IMG/VR virus record: IMGVR_UViG_3300025831_000006
Span: 6,331 to 70,330 of that record
DNA: 64,000 bases
Direction: 5' to 3' (one strand)
Origin: a virus
Lineage: Duplodnaviria; Caudoviricetes
The notes beneath the pieces were generated by a model. That model was not told the DNA's origin and did not search any database. It was given only the letters and a program-made list of their open reading frames with translations. The translations under genes and the position numbers were made by a program. This document shows, one piece after another, positions 48,325 to 59,100 of the stretch (its first letter is position 1; each line of letters opens with the position of its first letter).

Positions 48325-49056
48325 TCAGGCAAACAAACTGGTTGTGGGTTTCTTGACCCCACCACCCATTGCCATGGCCTTGGGGGCACCTGCAGTCCCA
48401 CTGGCGCCCTTGGCTTTATTGCGTACCTGTCCGGTCCACTTGGTTTCCCAGATGTCATAGAACACAGGATCATTGGCCGCAGCACGAACTTCAGCTGTGG
48501 TCATACGATCAGAGGCACGAAAGAACTTGTCGATCTCGTTCTCTTCACGGGTTTCACCTGAAGCAACATAGAGGCCAGCGTCATTCTTGACGTTCTTATC
48601 CACGGTCTGCTTGATCAAGCCGATAATGATTTCTTTGCCTACCAGGTCCATGATCATCTCGACCTTGGTCGGGATTTCAGCCTTAGCTTCGAAGCTGTAT
48701 ACGTTGACCACTTTGGTTTCGGTATCCAGTTCTGAGATATCTTTACCCACCGCAAGCAATGCCAGAGCATTAGCAGCGATGAAGCCAGGCAGGTAATTCT
48801 TGACGCCATCCTTTTCGTAAAAGTTCTTGGCGCCTTTGGCGGTGCCTGATGTCATCCAGAGCGTCTGGTTGATATCACGTCCTTGGCTGGTTTTGGCTTT
48901 GAGCACCAGACCGGTAGCGCCTCCTTGAGATTTCGTGACATAAGCCAGAGTCACAGTGGCTGGGTAGAGGCCTGATTCCAGGACACCACCGCCACCGATG
49001 GAGTCTTTTTCATTGGCAATCGAGTCATCAGTTGCGAGATTTGCAAGTAGGGACAT
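48325..49056 (-). CDS. ssb: Single-stranded DNA-binding protein (N4 gp45-like)
   Basis: LESGLY..LPGF..NEIDKFF; C-terminal KKPTTSLFA. Confidence 0.88.
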   Translation of the reverse strand: MSLLANLATDDSIANEKDSIGGGGVLESGLYPATVTLAYVTKSQGGATGLVLKAKTSQGRDINQTLWMTSGTAKGAKNFYEKDGVKNYLPGFIAANALALLAVGKDISELDTETKVVNVYSFEAKAEIPTKVEMIMDLVGKEIIIGLIKQTVDKNVKNDAGLYVASGETREENEIDKFFRASDRMTTAEVRAAANDPVFYDIWETKWTGQVRNKAKGASGTAGAPKAMAMGGGVKKPTTSLFA

Positions 49057-49093
49057 TTGTTATTTCCTTATTTTCAGTTTTGAGGTATTACGC

Positions 49094-49819
49094 TTATGCG
49101 TAATATTCTTTGAGCCGGTCGATGACCAGCTGGCTGTTGTTGTCGATAAAGGTTTCCTTCGTCTCGAACAACCCTAGGGGACCACGCAGACGCTCGTTCA
49201 CCGTCTCTTTTGTGATCTTCGTTTGAAACACGTATTTAAATCCGAGTGCTTCTTCTTCTGGGGTGATGGTCAACAGCTTGGAGCTGTAGTCCTTCAATGC
49301 CTTTAGTGCCACTTTCTTGGAAGTAATGATGGCGCTAAAGTAGCTTTCGATGCCGTTGTTCTTCAAGGAGCCTTTAACCGGCACCTTGGTTTCCATCAAC
49401 ATCTCGCTTTCGTTGAGCGTGTCCATGGTGTGAGCAGTGAAGATCACATTTTTGGTGGACTTGGCCACGTTCTGTTGCATCAGATTCTTGAAGAACTGGG
49501 CAAAATCACTCCAGGCCTTCATCCCGTTGGTAGAGGGCAGCACATAGATGCTTTCATACATATCAAGCAGATAAGTCAGGCTGTCCACCACAATGGTATG
49601 GACATCAGGCATCGTCTCTGCAGCGTCAAATGCCTCGATCACCTGCAAAGGATCGGTAATGACAAACTGCTTAAACTTCGCTTTAAAGGGCAGTTTTTTA
49701 CCCGCCTCGCAATTGAGGTACATCACGCCTTCGGGTTTCTCCAGTCCCATGAGGGAGGCGGATTTTCCGGTGGCTGATTTACCACAGAGCAAGACCAGGT
49801 GGTCGTTGTATTGGCTCAT
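49094..49819 (-). CDS. AAA-family (Sak4-like) ATPase, N4 gp44-like
   Basis: GKSATGKS, IVVDSLT. Confidence 0.85.
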   Translation of the reverse strand: MSQYNDHLVLLCGKSATGKSASLMGLEKPEGVMYLNCEAGKKLPFKAKFKQFVITDPLQVIEAFDAAETMPDVHTIVVDSLTYLLDMYESIYVLPSTNGMKAWSDFAQFFKNLMQQNVAKSTKNVIFTAHTMDTLNESEMLMETKVPVKGSLKNNGIESYFSAIITSKKVALKALKDYSSKLLTITPEEEALGFKYVFQTKITKETVNERLRGPLGLFETKETFIDNNSQLVIDRLKEYYA

Positions 49820-49881
49820 TAATTTCCTTTATTGGATTGTTCGCAGAAGTGCCCGAGAGGGCACTTGCTTCTGTTACCAGA

Positions 49882-50274
49882 TCAGTAGGTCTTGCCTCCT
49901 GTAGCTGCACGGTTCTCTGGTTTGTGATCAAGACGAATGGCGTTGAAGGCCATCTTCTCCGCAATCGCACTTCCCAGGTCTAGGCTATAAGCACCGGCCA
50001 AATCAAATATCCGAATTACCGCATCGGCCAGCTCGACTTCAACGCCGCTTCGGTGGGGCAGCTTATCGTCCATCAGGCCTTTGCGGTCAGCCTCCATGGC
50101 CTCACTGATTTCGCTGTGAATCAGGCACAACTTGTTGCTGAATGCCAGCGGGTTGTCCTTGAAGCTGGTGCCATCCCTATTGGTCCACCAGCCAGCACTC
50201 ACACTTGCGCTGTGACAGATATCTGTCAGCTGTTGCCCAGCCTTAGCCAGTTGGATTTGGTCAAAGTTGTTCAT
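49882..50274 (-). CDS. MazG-like nucleotide pyrophosphohydrolase
   Basis: LIHSEISEAMEADRK..EVELADAVIRIFD. Confidence 0.85.
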   Translation of the reverse strand: MNNFDQIQLAKAGQQLTDICHSASVSAGWWTNRDGTSFKDNPLAFSNKLCLIHSEISEAMEADRKGLMDDKLPHRSGVEVELADAVIRIFDLAGAYSLDLGSAIAEKMAFNAIRLDHKPENRAATGGKTY

Positions 50275-50290
50275 CTCTATTCCCTTCTAG

Positions 50291-52432
50291 TTATCGTTTT
50301 GAAATTGCCTTCATCACGGTGACCATCACAGTCCCCATAATTTCGGTTTCTTCCAGTTTGTCTACGATCTTCTCGTTGAGCTGCATTACCCGGCTACGGA
50401 TGCCCTCAAAGTCAAAGCCACCATCCAACAGGATCATGGCGTAACGCAAAAGCATGTTGTTGCGGTTGCCGTCCCCAATGTTGTTGATCACCCATCGCTC
50501 CAAGTTGTCCATGGATTGCTGGGAACTCATCAACGCTTTGCGCTCCTCGTTCTTGCTAGTCTTCGGGATGAAGGGCAAGGCGTCCAGTACTTCACCTTCG
50601 TTGTACTCGTAATGGCCATCATTCGATAGCCATTTGCGGGCACGCTGGTTGGTCGCCGTGTCTACCTCGAAAGGCAGCCACTCGTAGATGTGCGTCATGA
50701 ACTCTTTGTAGTCCTTGGCGTCCATCTCCAGCTCGTAGTTGATCGGCAGGATGATCCGAAAACGGTTCTCTTCTTCGGTGTGCCGCTTGGTCGTGTACAG
50801 CAAGAACTTGTAGTTCTTCAGTAACAGTTTGGCTGTGCTAATGTTGCAGCCACCATCTACGTCGATCACTACTAGGTTAAAGCCTGGAATGCAGTTCTCC
50901 TCATTGCGGTAACCACCATTCAAGTGATGCGCCACCCAGTGCAAACCCTGTGCCTGGGTTAGCTTGTGCAGCATGTCAAACGGGGCGTGCTCATTGCGGT
51001 AGTCGGTCGTCATGTCCGTGCTGTAGCTGATCACCATTTTGGACAAGTCGGTTTCCTTAAGGGTTTCACCCCGCAGGAATTCAATCCCATCGGAAAATGA
51101 CTTCTTGATAATGACGTTGTTCTTGTAGCCCCAACTCATGGCCAGAGTTAGCATGTCTTGTTTTTGACCCGAATTGCCACGATAAAATGGCAAGTCTTCT
51201 GTCAAGTCAGCATGTGTCACCTCACGCTTTACTGTGGCAATGTACTTGGCCAACTTGACATAATGCTTGTCACGGGTTAACAACCGACTGAAGGCATCAC
51301 CGGATTCTTCCGCCAATTTAATGGCGTAGTACAGATGTTTAGCCGTAAGTTCCGGAGAGTCATCCATGAAGGCATAAGCCCCTGCTAACTTCAATGCCTT
51401 GAAGTAGCGGTGCTCATGTTCGGCCTTTTTCATTTCCTCGTGTTCTGGGTAGAAACTGGCTTCACGTTGGCACTTCAACCGGTACTCAATCAGCAGCAGA
51501 CTAGTGTCTTTGCTTACCACCAGTGATCGATTGATATTAATTACATCAGCCAAGTTTTCCAACTTATCAGCAAACTCATCCAGCCAGATGTCACTATTTG
51601 CATCGATATCACGGTTGTAAATTTCTTCCGGTGTCATATGCAGTGTGTTATTGCTAGTTCGGCTATAGCCAAAAAAACAACGTCGGGCGTAGCCTGTGTC
51701 CAACATCGAGTACAGCTCCTCTTCCGTCTTGCCGCCATTAAGCAGCTTGGAAGGGGTACCGAATAGCAGCATGTTAGTCGGGGTATTACCCACGATTTCC
51801 TCGAAGCGTCGACTTTCAGGGCCACTCTTGATCAGCTTAGGGTCGATCTGGCCCATGTCGTACAGTTCAAGATACGCTTTGAGTACCTCGTCACTCCCGA
51901 TTAAATTGGAACCAATTTCATCGATCTGCAGGTTCAGAGAGCCTGCATCCACCATCAAGAGTTTGTGCCGTAATTGCTTGATGGCTGGCGTTGTTGCCTC
52001 AGAAAAGGTGAATAACAATGGCCCGATATCCTCAAATTCTTTCTGAACTCGGATCAATTCCTCATCAGGATCAGTACTTTTACGATTGGCCCTTTTAATC
52101 GCAAGTTTTGGAAGATTTTGCTCTGCCAGCAACTGCATAGTCTCATTCATAAAGCGGTTACGAAACTGGTGGATTACCCGATTTTTAATGATGTTGCAAG
52201 ATTTCCCTTTGCCAGAACCAGATGTGGACAAGTTAAGGGCGTACATATTGACCGGTACATTTCCTTGGTCATGTGTGGCAATAGTCACCCGCATCATGGA
52301 GGACACCAGGCTAAAGTAGTAGCCAACCAGCACCCTAAAGAACAACGGATTGCCGTTTTGGGTTTTGTCACAAAGAATTTTCACCAGCTTTTCAGCACTT
52401 GGGTGATATTCCATTTCGTCGAAAGTCAACAT
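50291..52432 (-). CDS. DNA primase (N4 gp43-like)
   Basis: STSGSGKG P-loop, IDEIGSNL, VIDVDG, YTTKRH, GNRNNML (PriCT-like). Confidence 0.9.
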   Translation of the reverse strand: MLTFDEMEYHPSAEKLVKILCDKTQNGNPLFFRVLVGYYFSLVSSMMRVTIATHDQGNVPVNMYALNLSTSGSGKGKSCNIIKNRVIHQFRNRFMNETMQLLAEQNLPKLAIKRANRKSTDPDEELIRVQKEFEDIGPLLFTFSEATTPAIKQLRHKLLMVDAGSLNLQIDEIGSNLIGSDEVLKAYLELYDMGQIDPKLIKSGPESRRFEEIVGNTPTNMLLFGTPSKLLNGGKTEEELYSMLDTGYARRCFFGYSRTSNNTLHMTPEEIYNRDIDANSDIWLDEFADKLENLADVININRSLVVSKDTSLLLIEYRLKCQREASFYPEHEEMKKAEHEHRYFKALKLAGAYAFMDDSPELTAKHLYYAIKLAEESGDAFSRLLTRDKHYVKLAKYIATVKREVTHADLTEDLPFYRGNSGQKQDMLTLAMSWGYKNNVIIKKSFSDGIEFLRGETLKETDLSKMVISYSTDMTTDYRNEHAPFDMLHKLTQAQGLHWVAHHLNGGYRNEENCIPGFNLVVIDVDGGCNISTAKLLLKNYKFLLYTTKRHTEEENRFRIILPINYELEMDAKDYKEFMTHIYEWLPFEVDTATNQRARKWLSNDGHYEYNEGEVLDALPFIPKTSKNEERKALMSSQQSMDNLERWVINNIGDGNRNNMLLRYAMILLDGGFDFEGIRSRVMQLNEKIVDKLEETEIMGTVMVTVMKAISKR

Positions 52433-52452
52433 TTGATTCCTTAGTTAAGGGG

Positions 52453-53442
52453 TTAGCTCATCAGCAGATCACCGCTTGCAATGAGCTGGTCTTTTTGGCT
52501 ACAGATAGCGAATGACGGGCAGTACTTGCAAGCCATGACTTGGCCAGGTACTTCCTTGATCGCACCCACACCACCTGCAGTGGACATGTGGATCACCGCT
52601 TCCTGGCGGGTATCGAAGTTCTTGGTGCTGCGCTTGCTATTGGTGTCGCCACTCTTGTAGTACTTGAACACCGGTTCGCTGCGCCATAGTTCGCTGTCAT
52701 CACACAATGGGATTTCCTCTTCGGGGGTATCCCAGTACGTTTCGATCAGATTGATTTTGTTGCTGATGAAGTGCTGAGTTTCAGCCAGTGACAACAGGGG
52801 GAAAGACTGCTTGTGGAACCTGCGTGGCGGATAGTTGGCATCCGTCTTCTGCATTCCACCCTTCCAGTCTGTGAAGATGTAATGGATGTCCATCTCGTTT
52901 TGATGGATCTTCTGGGGATCAAGCCAGCGATAAATACTGCCCTGCTGGGTATACTTTTCCGAATTGACTTGGTTCTTATAGGTCCACACAGAAGTGGACT
53001 TAAAGTCCTGAACGCGGCCTTCGCCTACGAAGTCAAACTTGCCAGTGATCTTCCATTTGCCTATCTGACGAGTTAGACGTTGTTCTAAGTAGATCGGGAT
53101 GCAGTCCTCAGTGAGTTCTGCTTCCGTGGGATTGACCTTCACACGGTCAATAACGTGCTTGGGTAAGCCCAGCGCTGTCATAGCTACTTTGTGGTTTGTC
53201 ATCCAGGCCTTCTCGATACCATCATGGATGGCAACCCCCATGCGGGAGTTCATCATGTCGGCCAGATTGACCAGTCCGTCACCGGCTGGAATGCGGGTGG
53301 GCAGGATGATCTGACGTAATGGTTTCAGCAATGTGGTGGCACTGATGGTGAGAGGATCGCTGTCATGATCATAGTAATCACTAGCGAGAAATACGGCCAG
53401 GGCTAGGGGCACCTCGGACACGTTGGCGAATTGTCGACTCAT
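52453..53442 (-). CDS. PD-(D/E)XK exonuclease-like protein (N4 gp42-like)
   Basis: GKFD..VQDFKST, terminal CKYC..C; probable start MSRQF at 53442. Confidence 0.82.
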   Translation of the reverse strand: MSRQFANVSEVPLALAVFLASDYYDHDSDPLTISATTLLKPLRQIILPTRIPAGDGLVNLADMMNSRMGVAIHDGIEKAWMTNHKVAMTALGLPKHVIDRVKVNPTEAELTEDCIPIYLEQRLTRQIGKWKITGKFDFVGEGRVQDFKSTSVWTYKNQVNSEKYTQQGSIYRWLDPQKIHQNEMDIHYIFTDWKGGMQKTDANYPPRRFHKQSFPLLSLAETQHFISNKINLIETYWDTPEEEIPLCDDSELWRSEPVFKYYKSGDTNSKRSTKNFDTRQEAVIHMSTAGGVGAIKEVPGQVMACKYCPSFAICSQKDQLIASGDLLMS

Positions 53443-53505
53443 GGTTATTTCCTTGTTGGTTTGCGCCAAGGCGCCCGGAGGCGCTTGATTTGTATGTGTG
53501 ACGGC

Positions 53506-54042
53506 TTAGACGGCAGTTACATGTAATTGTTGTTTCTGCGCCTCTTGTTCACGCAAATATAGGTCGAGTTTGGCTAAACAATTCCAAGCCTCATGAGCGA
53601 GATGCAGCAAGTTGCTATCGGTGTCAACTACCTCATCCATGTGGCGTTTGGCCGCATGGCGTTGTTGGGCATCCTCATAGCGACGGAAGCCATCAGGAAC
53701 ACTGATCCAACCGTTGTCCACGTACTTGGCAGCACCGAAGGTTGCCACCTTGGCCACCTCGGTAATGGCTCGCGCCATACCTCCAGTGATCAGGTGCATC
53801 CGTACCTTGCCAGCATCAACCTTGGCGCCGCCTTGATGCTGGTCTAGCCCTGCTGGGTCACGTTCCAGATTGAGTGATAGCTGCAGCCCCATAGTCTCTA
53901 CTGTGTCAGCCGGTGTGGCTACCACAACAGTCAGCGTGTCTTCTTGACAGTCTGAACAAAAGTCCTGACCTGTGGATACAGAAATGCGGTTGGTACAACC
54001 AATTGCTTTACATTGATTTGTGAGCATGTTTGTGTTTTTCAT
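53506..54042 (-). CDS. dATP/dGTP diphosphohydrolase-like (DUF5664) protein with N-terminal Cys4 knuckle
   Basis: GAKVDAGK..ATFGAAKY..W..RY..A..RH..SNLLHLAHEAWN. Confidence 0.8.
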   Translation of the reverse strand: MKNTNMLTNQCKAIGCTNRISVSTGQDFCSDCQEDTLTVVVATPADTVETMGLQLSLNLERDPAGLDQHQGGAKVDAGKVRMHLITGGMARAITEVAKVATFGAAKYVDNGWISVPDGFRRYEDAQQRHAAKRHMDEVVDTDSNLLHLAHEAWNCLAKLDLYLREQEAQKQQLHVTAV

Positions 54043-54057
54043 AAGTAGGTATGGTCG

Positions 54058-54083
54058 AAAAGACTCCTCGAAAGGAGTCTCTA
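54058..54083 (-). terminator. Terminator after nrdJ
   Basis: AGACTCCT-TTCG-AGGAGTCT followed by TTTC. Confidence 0.75.
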
Positions 54084-54090
54084 TACTGCT

Positions 54091-56028
54091 TTACAGAGCC
54101 TCACAGACCCCAGCACTGCAGGCCAATTCACGAACGCTTACGGTGGTATCGTCCTTCTCGAAGTCGGCCAAAGCATCCCAGTCAAACTGAGGCATCCTGA
54201 CTTGTAACGCGTTGAACTCTTCCTGTGTACATTCGGTGTACGGTGCTTGCTGGTACGCGTGATCAGAGTGTGGCAAAAAGCTAACTCCAGATATCCGGTC
54301 GAAGTTGCGGTACACCCAGTCCCCTACACCGAGCCATTCGTGATCACGCACATAGATCGTGACGGATACGTTGTGTTCAGACCAGTGGGTTTGAAACATC
54401 AGGTAGTGTTCTAGTTGTTCTAAGGCAGATCGATCATTGCGGAAAATTGATTCTTTAGGGCTGGCTACTGGAAAGCTGAATACGGCTGTGGCTTCTTCTT
54501 TACCAATAGCGTCTTCATAGGGAAACCCTTGAGAAATCATTAACCGGGTCAACGGATCCTTCTTGTCACCACGAACGGTGCGGATGTACCACTTCGAGTA
54601 GCGCTCATGTTTACCACTGGCTGCGTCTACCAGCTGACTCACCGTGCCACTCGGCTTGACAGTGGTGACAGCTACAGACTGGTTAATGCCCAGCTTGGTT
54701 GCCCATTCCTTGTTAACATCAATGGCGTAAGCCTTCAGCGTTTGAAGCCAATATTCTGCTTGCTCATTCACTTGGCTTAGGACTTCATGATCCATGATCC
54801 CAGTGAGAGAAACGCCTAGCAGACGCTCCTCAACCTGATTCTTTTTCCAGTCCTCACGGACATAACGGAAATCAGTCAACATGGATTGGAAGGTTCCCAT
54901 AATGACAGCCATTCGGACTTTATCTGCAAGTTGGAGCAGTGTGTCTTTGGCACGAACGACTACTTCAGTTAGGTTACAGACTCCCTTGCTGCGTAGTGTG
55001 ATTTCAGCACACGGGTTTACCCCTACGATTTGGGTGGGGTCACGGCGTCCACCTTCCAGGGCTTTTTTGATAGCAGCCTGTCGGTTGAAGATACCGCGTT
55101 CACCAGACTTGGATTCGATCAGTGCCAGCCACTCTTTCATGAATACGTCCATTTGTGGGCGCTCGGTGTACGTCGCACTGTTGTTGGCCAAGGCACGCTG
55201 AGGTTCCAAAGGGAACCAGTTACCACTTTTGGCTGAACGCATCCGGTCATCACTAAGATTGCTTAGTGAGATAAGTGCGCTCCTGCGCACGCCTCCGACA
55301 ACCACAATGTCTGCAATCTTGCACACCAGGTCATGACATTCAATGCTGGTAAGTTTGCGACCCACAGCATTTTTAAAAGTGGCTACAGTAAACTTGAATA
55401 GATCCACCAGAGGCTGAGGACCACTGGCTCGGCCACCGAAGATCTTCAGTTTGGCTCCAGCAGGGCGTACCAGGCTCACATCCCAGGAGGGGATGCAGCC
55501 GGTGTACAGGTGATCAATAAGTTCCCGGAAGGCACTGGCCCAGCCACTTTTACTATCTTTGACTACGATCATGTGCTCAATTTTCTTTAGGCAATCTACG
55601 GTTTTCACCATGTGCTTGCCTTCAGAATTAGTTACCACAGTGGCACCCACGATGGGTAGGCTGGCAATAAACTGACGCTCCACTGAGAAGCCCATGCCAG
55701 TGCCACACATAAGCACGTACAAAATTTCGTCAAATGCTCTGGGATGGTCAATGGCCACAAAGGCACAGTTGTAACCTGCCATGGGATCACGCTCTAATGC
55801 TGGGCCTGCAGTCATCAACGCTCGCATCGAGGGCATAGCCCGCAGATTCAGAATGGCCTCATAGACTTCACTGGTGGGGTAATGCTCCGGAAATTTATTC
55901 CCGAAGTAGTTTACGTAGCGCTGAACTGTCTCATCCCAGTTTTCTCGGCGGTTTTTGCTGTCAATCCAGCGGGCATAGCGACTTTTATGGACGTATTCCT
56001 GTAATGGGGTAGGGAGTTGATTTGTCAT
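54091..56028 (-). CDS. nrdJ: Class II (B12-dependent) ribonucleotide reductase
   Basis: PSMRAL, YNCAF, GVNPCAEI, TTVKPSGTVS, C-terminal CSAGVCE. Confidence 0.93.
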   Translation of the reverse strand: MTNQLPTPLQEYVHKSRYARWIDSKNRRENWDETVQRYVNYFGNKFPEHYPTSEVYEAILNLRAMPSMRALMTAGPALERDPMAGYNCAFVAIDHPRAFDEILYVLMCGTGMGFSVERQFIASLPIVGATVVTNSEGKHMVKTVDCLKKIEHMIVVKDSKSGWASAFRELIDHLYTGCIPSWDVSLVRPAGAKLKIFGGRASGPQPLVDLFKFTVATFKNAVGRKLTSIECHDLVCKIADIVVVGGVRRSALISLSNLSDDRMRSAKSGNWFPLEPQRALANNSATYTERPQMDVFMKEWLALIESKSGERGIFNRQAAIKKALEGGRRDPTQIVGVNPCAEITLRSKGVCNLTEVVVRAKDTLLQLADKVRMAVIMGTFQSMLTDFRYVREDWKKNQVEERLLGVSLTGIMDHEVLSQVNEQAEYWLQTLKAYAIDVNKEWATKLGINQSVAVTTVKPSGTVSQLVDAASGKHERYSKWYIRTVRGDKKDPLTRLMISQGFPYEDAIGKEEATAVFSFPVASPKESIFRNDRSALEQLEHYLMFQTHWSEHNVSVTIYVRDHEWLGVGDWVYRNFDRISGVSFLPHSDHAYQQAPYTECTQEEFNALQVRMPQFDWDALADFEKDDTTVSVRELACSAGVCEAL

Positions 56029-56196
56029 TGACGGGTATTACTTTCTATTAAATTAATAAAACGACGCAGTTTTCCACAATTAGGCCAGGAGGCCTCTTAA
56101 TTCATCTGTAATTGGGGAAGCGAAGTTTAATCCTATTCAATTCATTTCTGGTGGGATAATGGCTTGAATTGTTTTACTTAATTGAGAGCACATCTA

Positions 56197-59100
56197 ATGG
56201 CTACATGTGGCGATGTTTGTGGAACTGGGGGCTGGACTGGACCACTACCCGGGGATCCAGACAATAATTCAATTCTTACCGCGACCCCTGCATTTGGGGG
56301 AATTGATGTCACCTGGACCTACCCGGTAATCAATCCATTTGCGGTGGCTCACACTTTGCTGTATCGGAGTCCCACACCAAATTTCAATGGCTCAATGGAG
56401 CGCCAGGTGGTAGCCGGGAATTTCTTTTACGATAAGCTAGACAACGGATCCACGTATTACTACTGGATCAAAATTGTGTCCATCAATGGAACGGTGGGGG
56501 AATTAATTGGTCCGGCATCGGCCACGGCTAGGCCGTTAATAGAGGATCTAATCGAGCAATTGACGGGCAAGATTGACAACGGTGTCTTGGCCGTTGCTCT
56601 GAAAAATGAGTTCTCACGAGTTTCTGCCCTGGATATGGCGGTTCAAACCGCTTTGACAACGGCTCTCAACGGTGATGCTGCCCTTGCAGCTGCATTGATT
56701 GGCGTGCAGACTAGTACGGATGCTGTTTTTGCTTCGGTTGCGGATGAGATAGCGGCACGGATTGCTGCCAATGTTGCCTTGGTTGATGCGCTCAATGCAC
56801 ATGCTTCGGCTATTGCCGGCCATGTCGTTGACCTAGTAAACGCAGACCTTGCTGAGGCCGATGCCCGTATCGAGGCCGCCTCATTAGAGTCCATTGCCAG
56901 GACAGCACAGGTACAACAGGCTGCGTATGCGACCCTGGATGCAGCTCTGGCTGTGAACAATGCCGAGCTGAACATGGCGTCTACGGTGGCGATTGCTCGC
57001 AGTGATCTGCAGCAAAGCATTGTGGATGGGGTGTCGGCTGAGGCCACACAACGCTTGTTGTTGGCAGCCAAGTTGGACACGGAGAAAGCCAGTACGCTGG
57101 CCCTTATCAGTACAGAATCTGCAGCCCGCGTCACGGCAATAGATGCGGAAGCTACTCAAAGAGGCTTGTTGGCCGCCCAGTTCAGGGGTGCCTATACCGG
57201 GACAGACCCCGCCTTGTTGACCCAAGGCTTGCTCTACAACGAGCGCGTGATGCGGGTCACAGAGCAAGAAGCGCTGGCACAACAGATCACACTCCTGTCC
57301 GCTGGCGCAGGTGAGCAGTTTGATTGGGTCAAGATTTGGTACTTTGATAGTGGATTAGAAAATTGGACTGGCAATGGCGTACCCACAGCCACTATGGGCT
57401 GGATTCGCCCCGCAGATCAAGCTAGTGGGGCCTATGTGGAGTCACCTGCAGGCATTGAAACCAATGGTACTAAGTATTCACAGATACGTTTGAGAATCCG
57501 CAAGGTGGGTACACCGACCTTTCTCGGCTCGCTTCAGTGGCAAGGGGCAGCCGATACGACTTGGGATGTACCCACGCGTACATTTGCACTTACAGCTCCG
57601 GTTGAATACATCAACGGCATTGGCTTGATCACCGTGAACCCTGGCTGGACTGTGACAGTGGATAAGATCAGGATTGCCTTGTCCGATGCACAGACAGCTA
57701 CGGACTATTTTGAAATAGATTGGGTTGCAATTGGCCGACCATCCCCAGGCGCATCATCGGCGCAATTGCTAACGGAGCAAATGGCTCGTATTAACAAAGA
57801 CCAGAGCATCGTCGATGATTATGTAGTCTTAAATGCTAAGGTTGGAGATACCACAACTGGCATTATCAAAGATATCGCCACCATCGTCAGAGACTACAGC
57901 ACCACTGCTACAGCCGCTTCTGCTACAGCACAGGCACAAACAGCACTACTCGCACACTTTGGCCCCAGCATGGTATTCAGGGAAGCGGGTACGGCACAAG
58001 TGACTGGTGCGGATACCAATGGCCCGGCACAGGTAGTTAATTACACCCCGATTATTCTCAAAGATGGTACAACGGCCTACCTGCCCAAAATAAGTGTGGG
58101 CAACACCTGGTACAACACGGCCAATGGAAATAAGCCCCATACGTGGGCAGGTGTAGATGGGTGGGTATACACACCCGATCTGTCTCCTACGGCAACCGAT
58201 GCTTTTATAGACCGGCTTGACACGGCTTTTGCAGATGCAGGTAACGCAACTACATCTGCCATCATGGATGCGGTATCCAGCGTTAATGATCCGGTTACGG
58301 GCTTACTGGTGACTCAGGCTGCCATTCTAGAGGAGCAAACTACACAGGCAGATCTACTACAGGCTAGTGCAAATAGCACACAAACCTTGGTATCTAAGTC
58401 CAAGGAAACAGATGATGCTCTGTTGACCAGCATTCTCAATGGGGAAGCCAGCCGTACCCTGCTGCAGGGCACTATTGCTGTGGCTCGGCAGGAAATGCAC
58501 ACCGATATTGTGGATGGTTTGAGCGCTGAAGCCTCGGCACGACTAGCCCTGGTTGCAGTCGTTAATGACAAGGCTGCTCTATTGGATGAGGAAACACGTG
58601 TTCGTGTTGCCAATGGGCTAGCTATGGCTACTCGTGTTGATACCATAAAGGCAACAGTAGAAAAGAATTCTGCCAATATCTTGGATGTTCAAACCGCTAA
58701 TACTTCTGCAACGCAAGCACTGGCGTCTGCAGTGACTGCCCTAGCAGCCACTATAGGTACCAAGGATGCCATTACAGCTGCTACTTTAGTGGATGCCGCC
58801 TCAGTTATTGCAACAGATACTCTGGCAGAGTCACAGAAGCGAGCTACCCTACAAAGTATGTTGGATGGGCATCTGGTATCTGCACAAACTAATCTACAGA
58901 CAGATGTTGAAACTATCGATGGCAAGGTGGTGCAAATTGGCGCCAGGTATACCGCTAATGTGACAGTGGATGGTTTGATTGGTGGTTTTGGTGTTTACAA
59001 CGATGGCGAAGTAGTTGAGGCTGGTTTTGATGTTGATACGTTCTGGGTAGGTCGTACTAGTGCCAACAAACGCAAGCCTTTCATTATCGTAAATAATGAA

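Noticed and set aside
53506-54042. 2-aminoadenine (Z) genome system
   Set aside because: No PurZ-like gene is visible in the window, and this domain alone is widespread.
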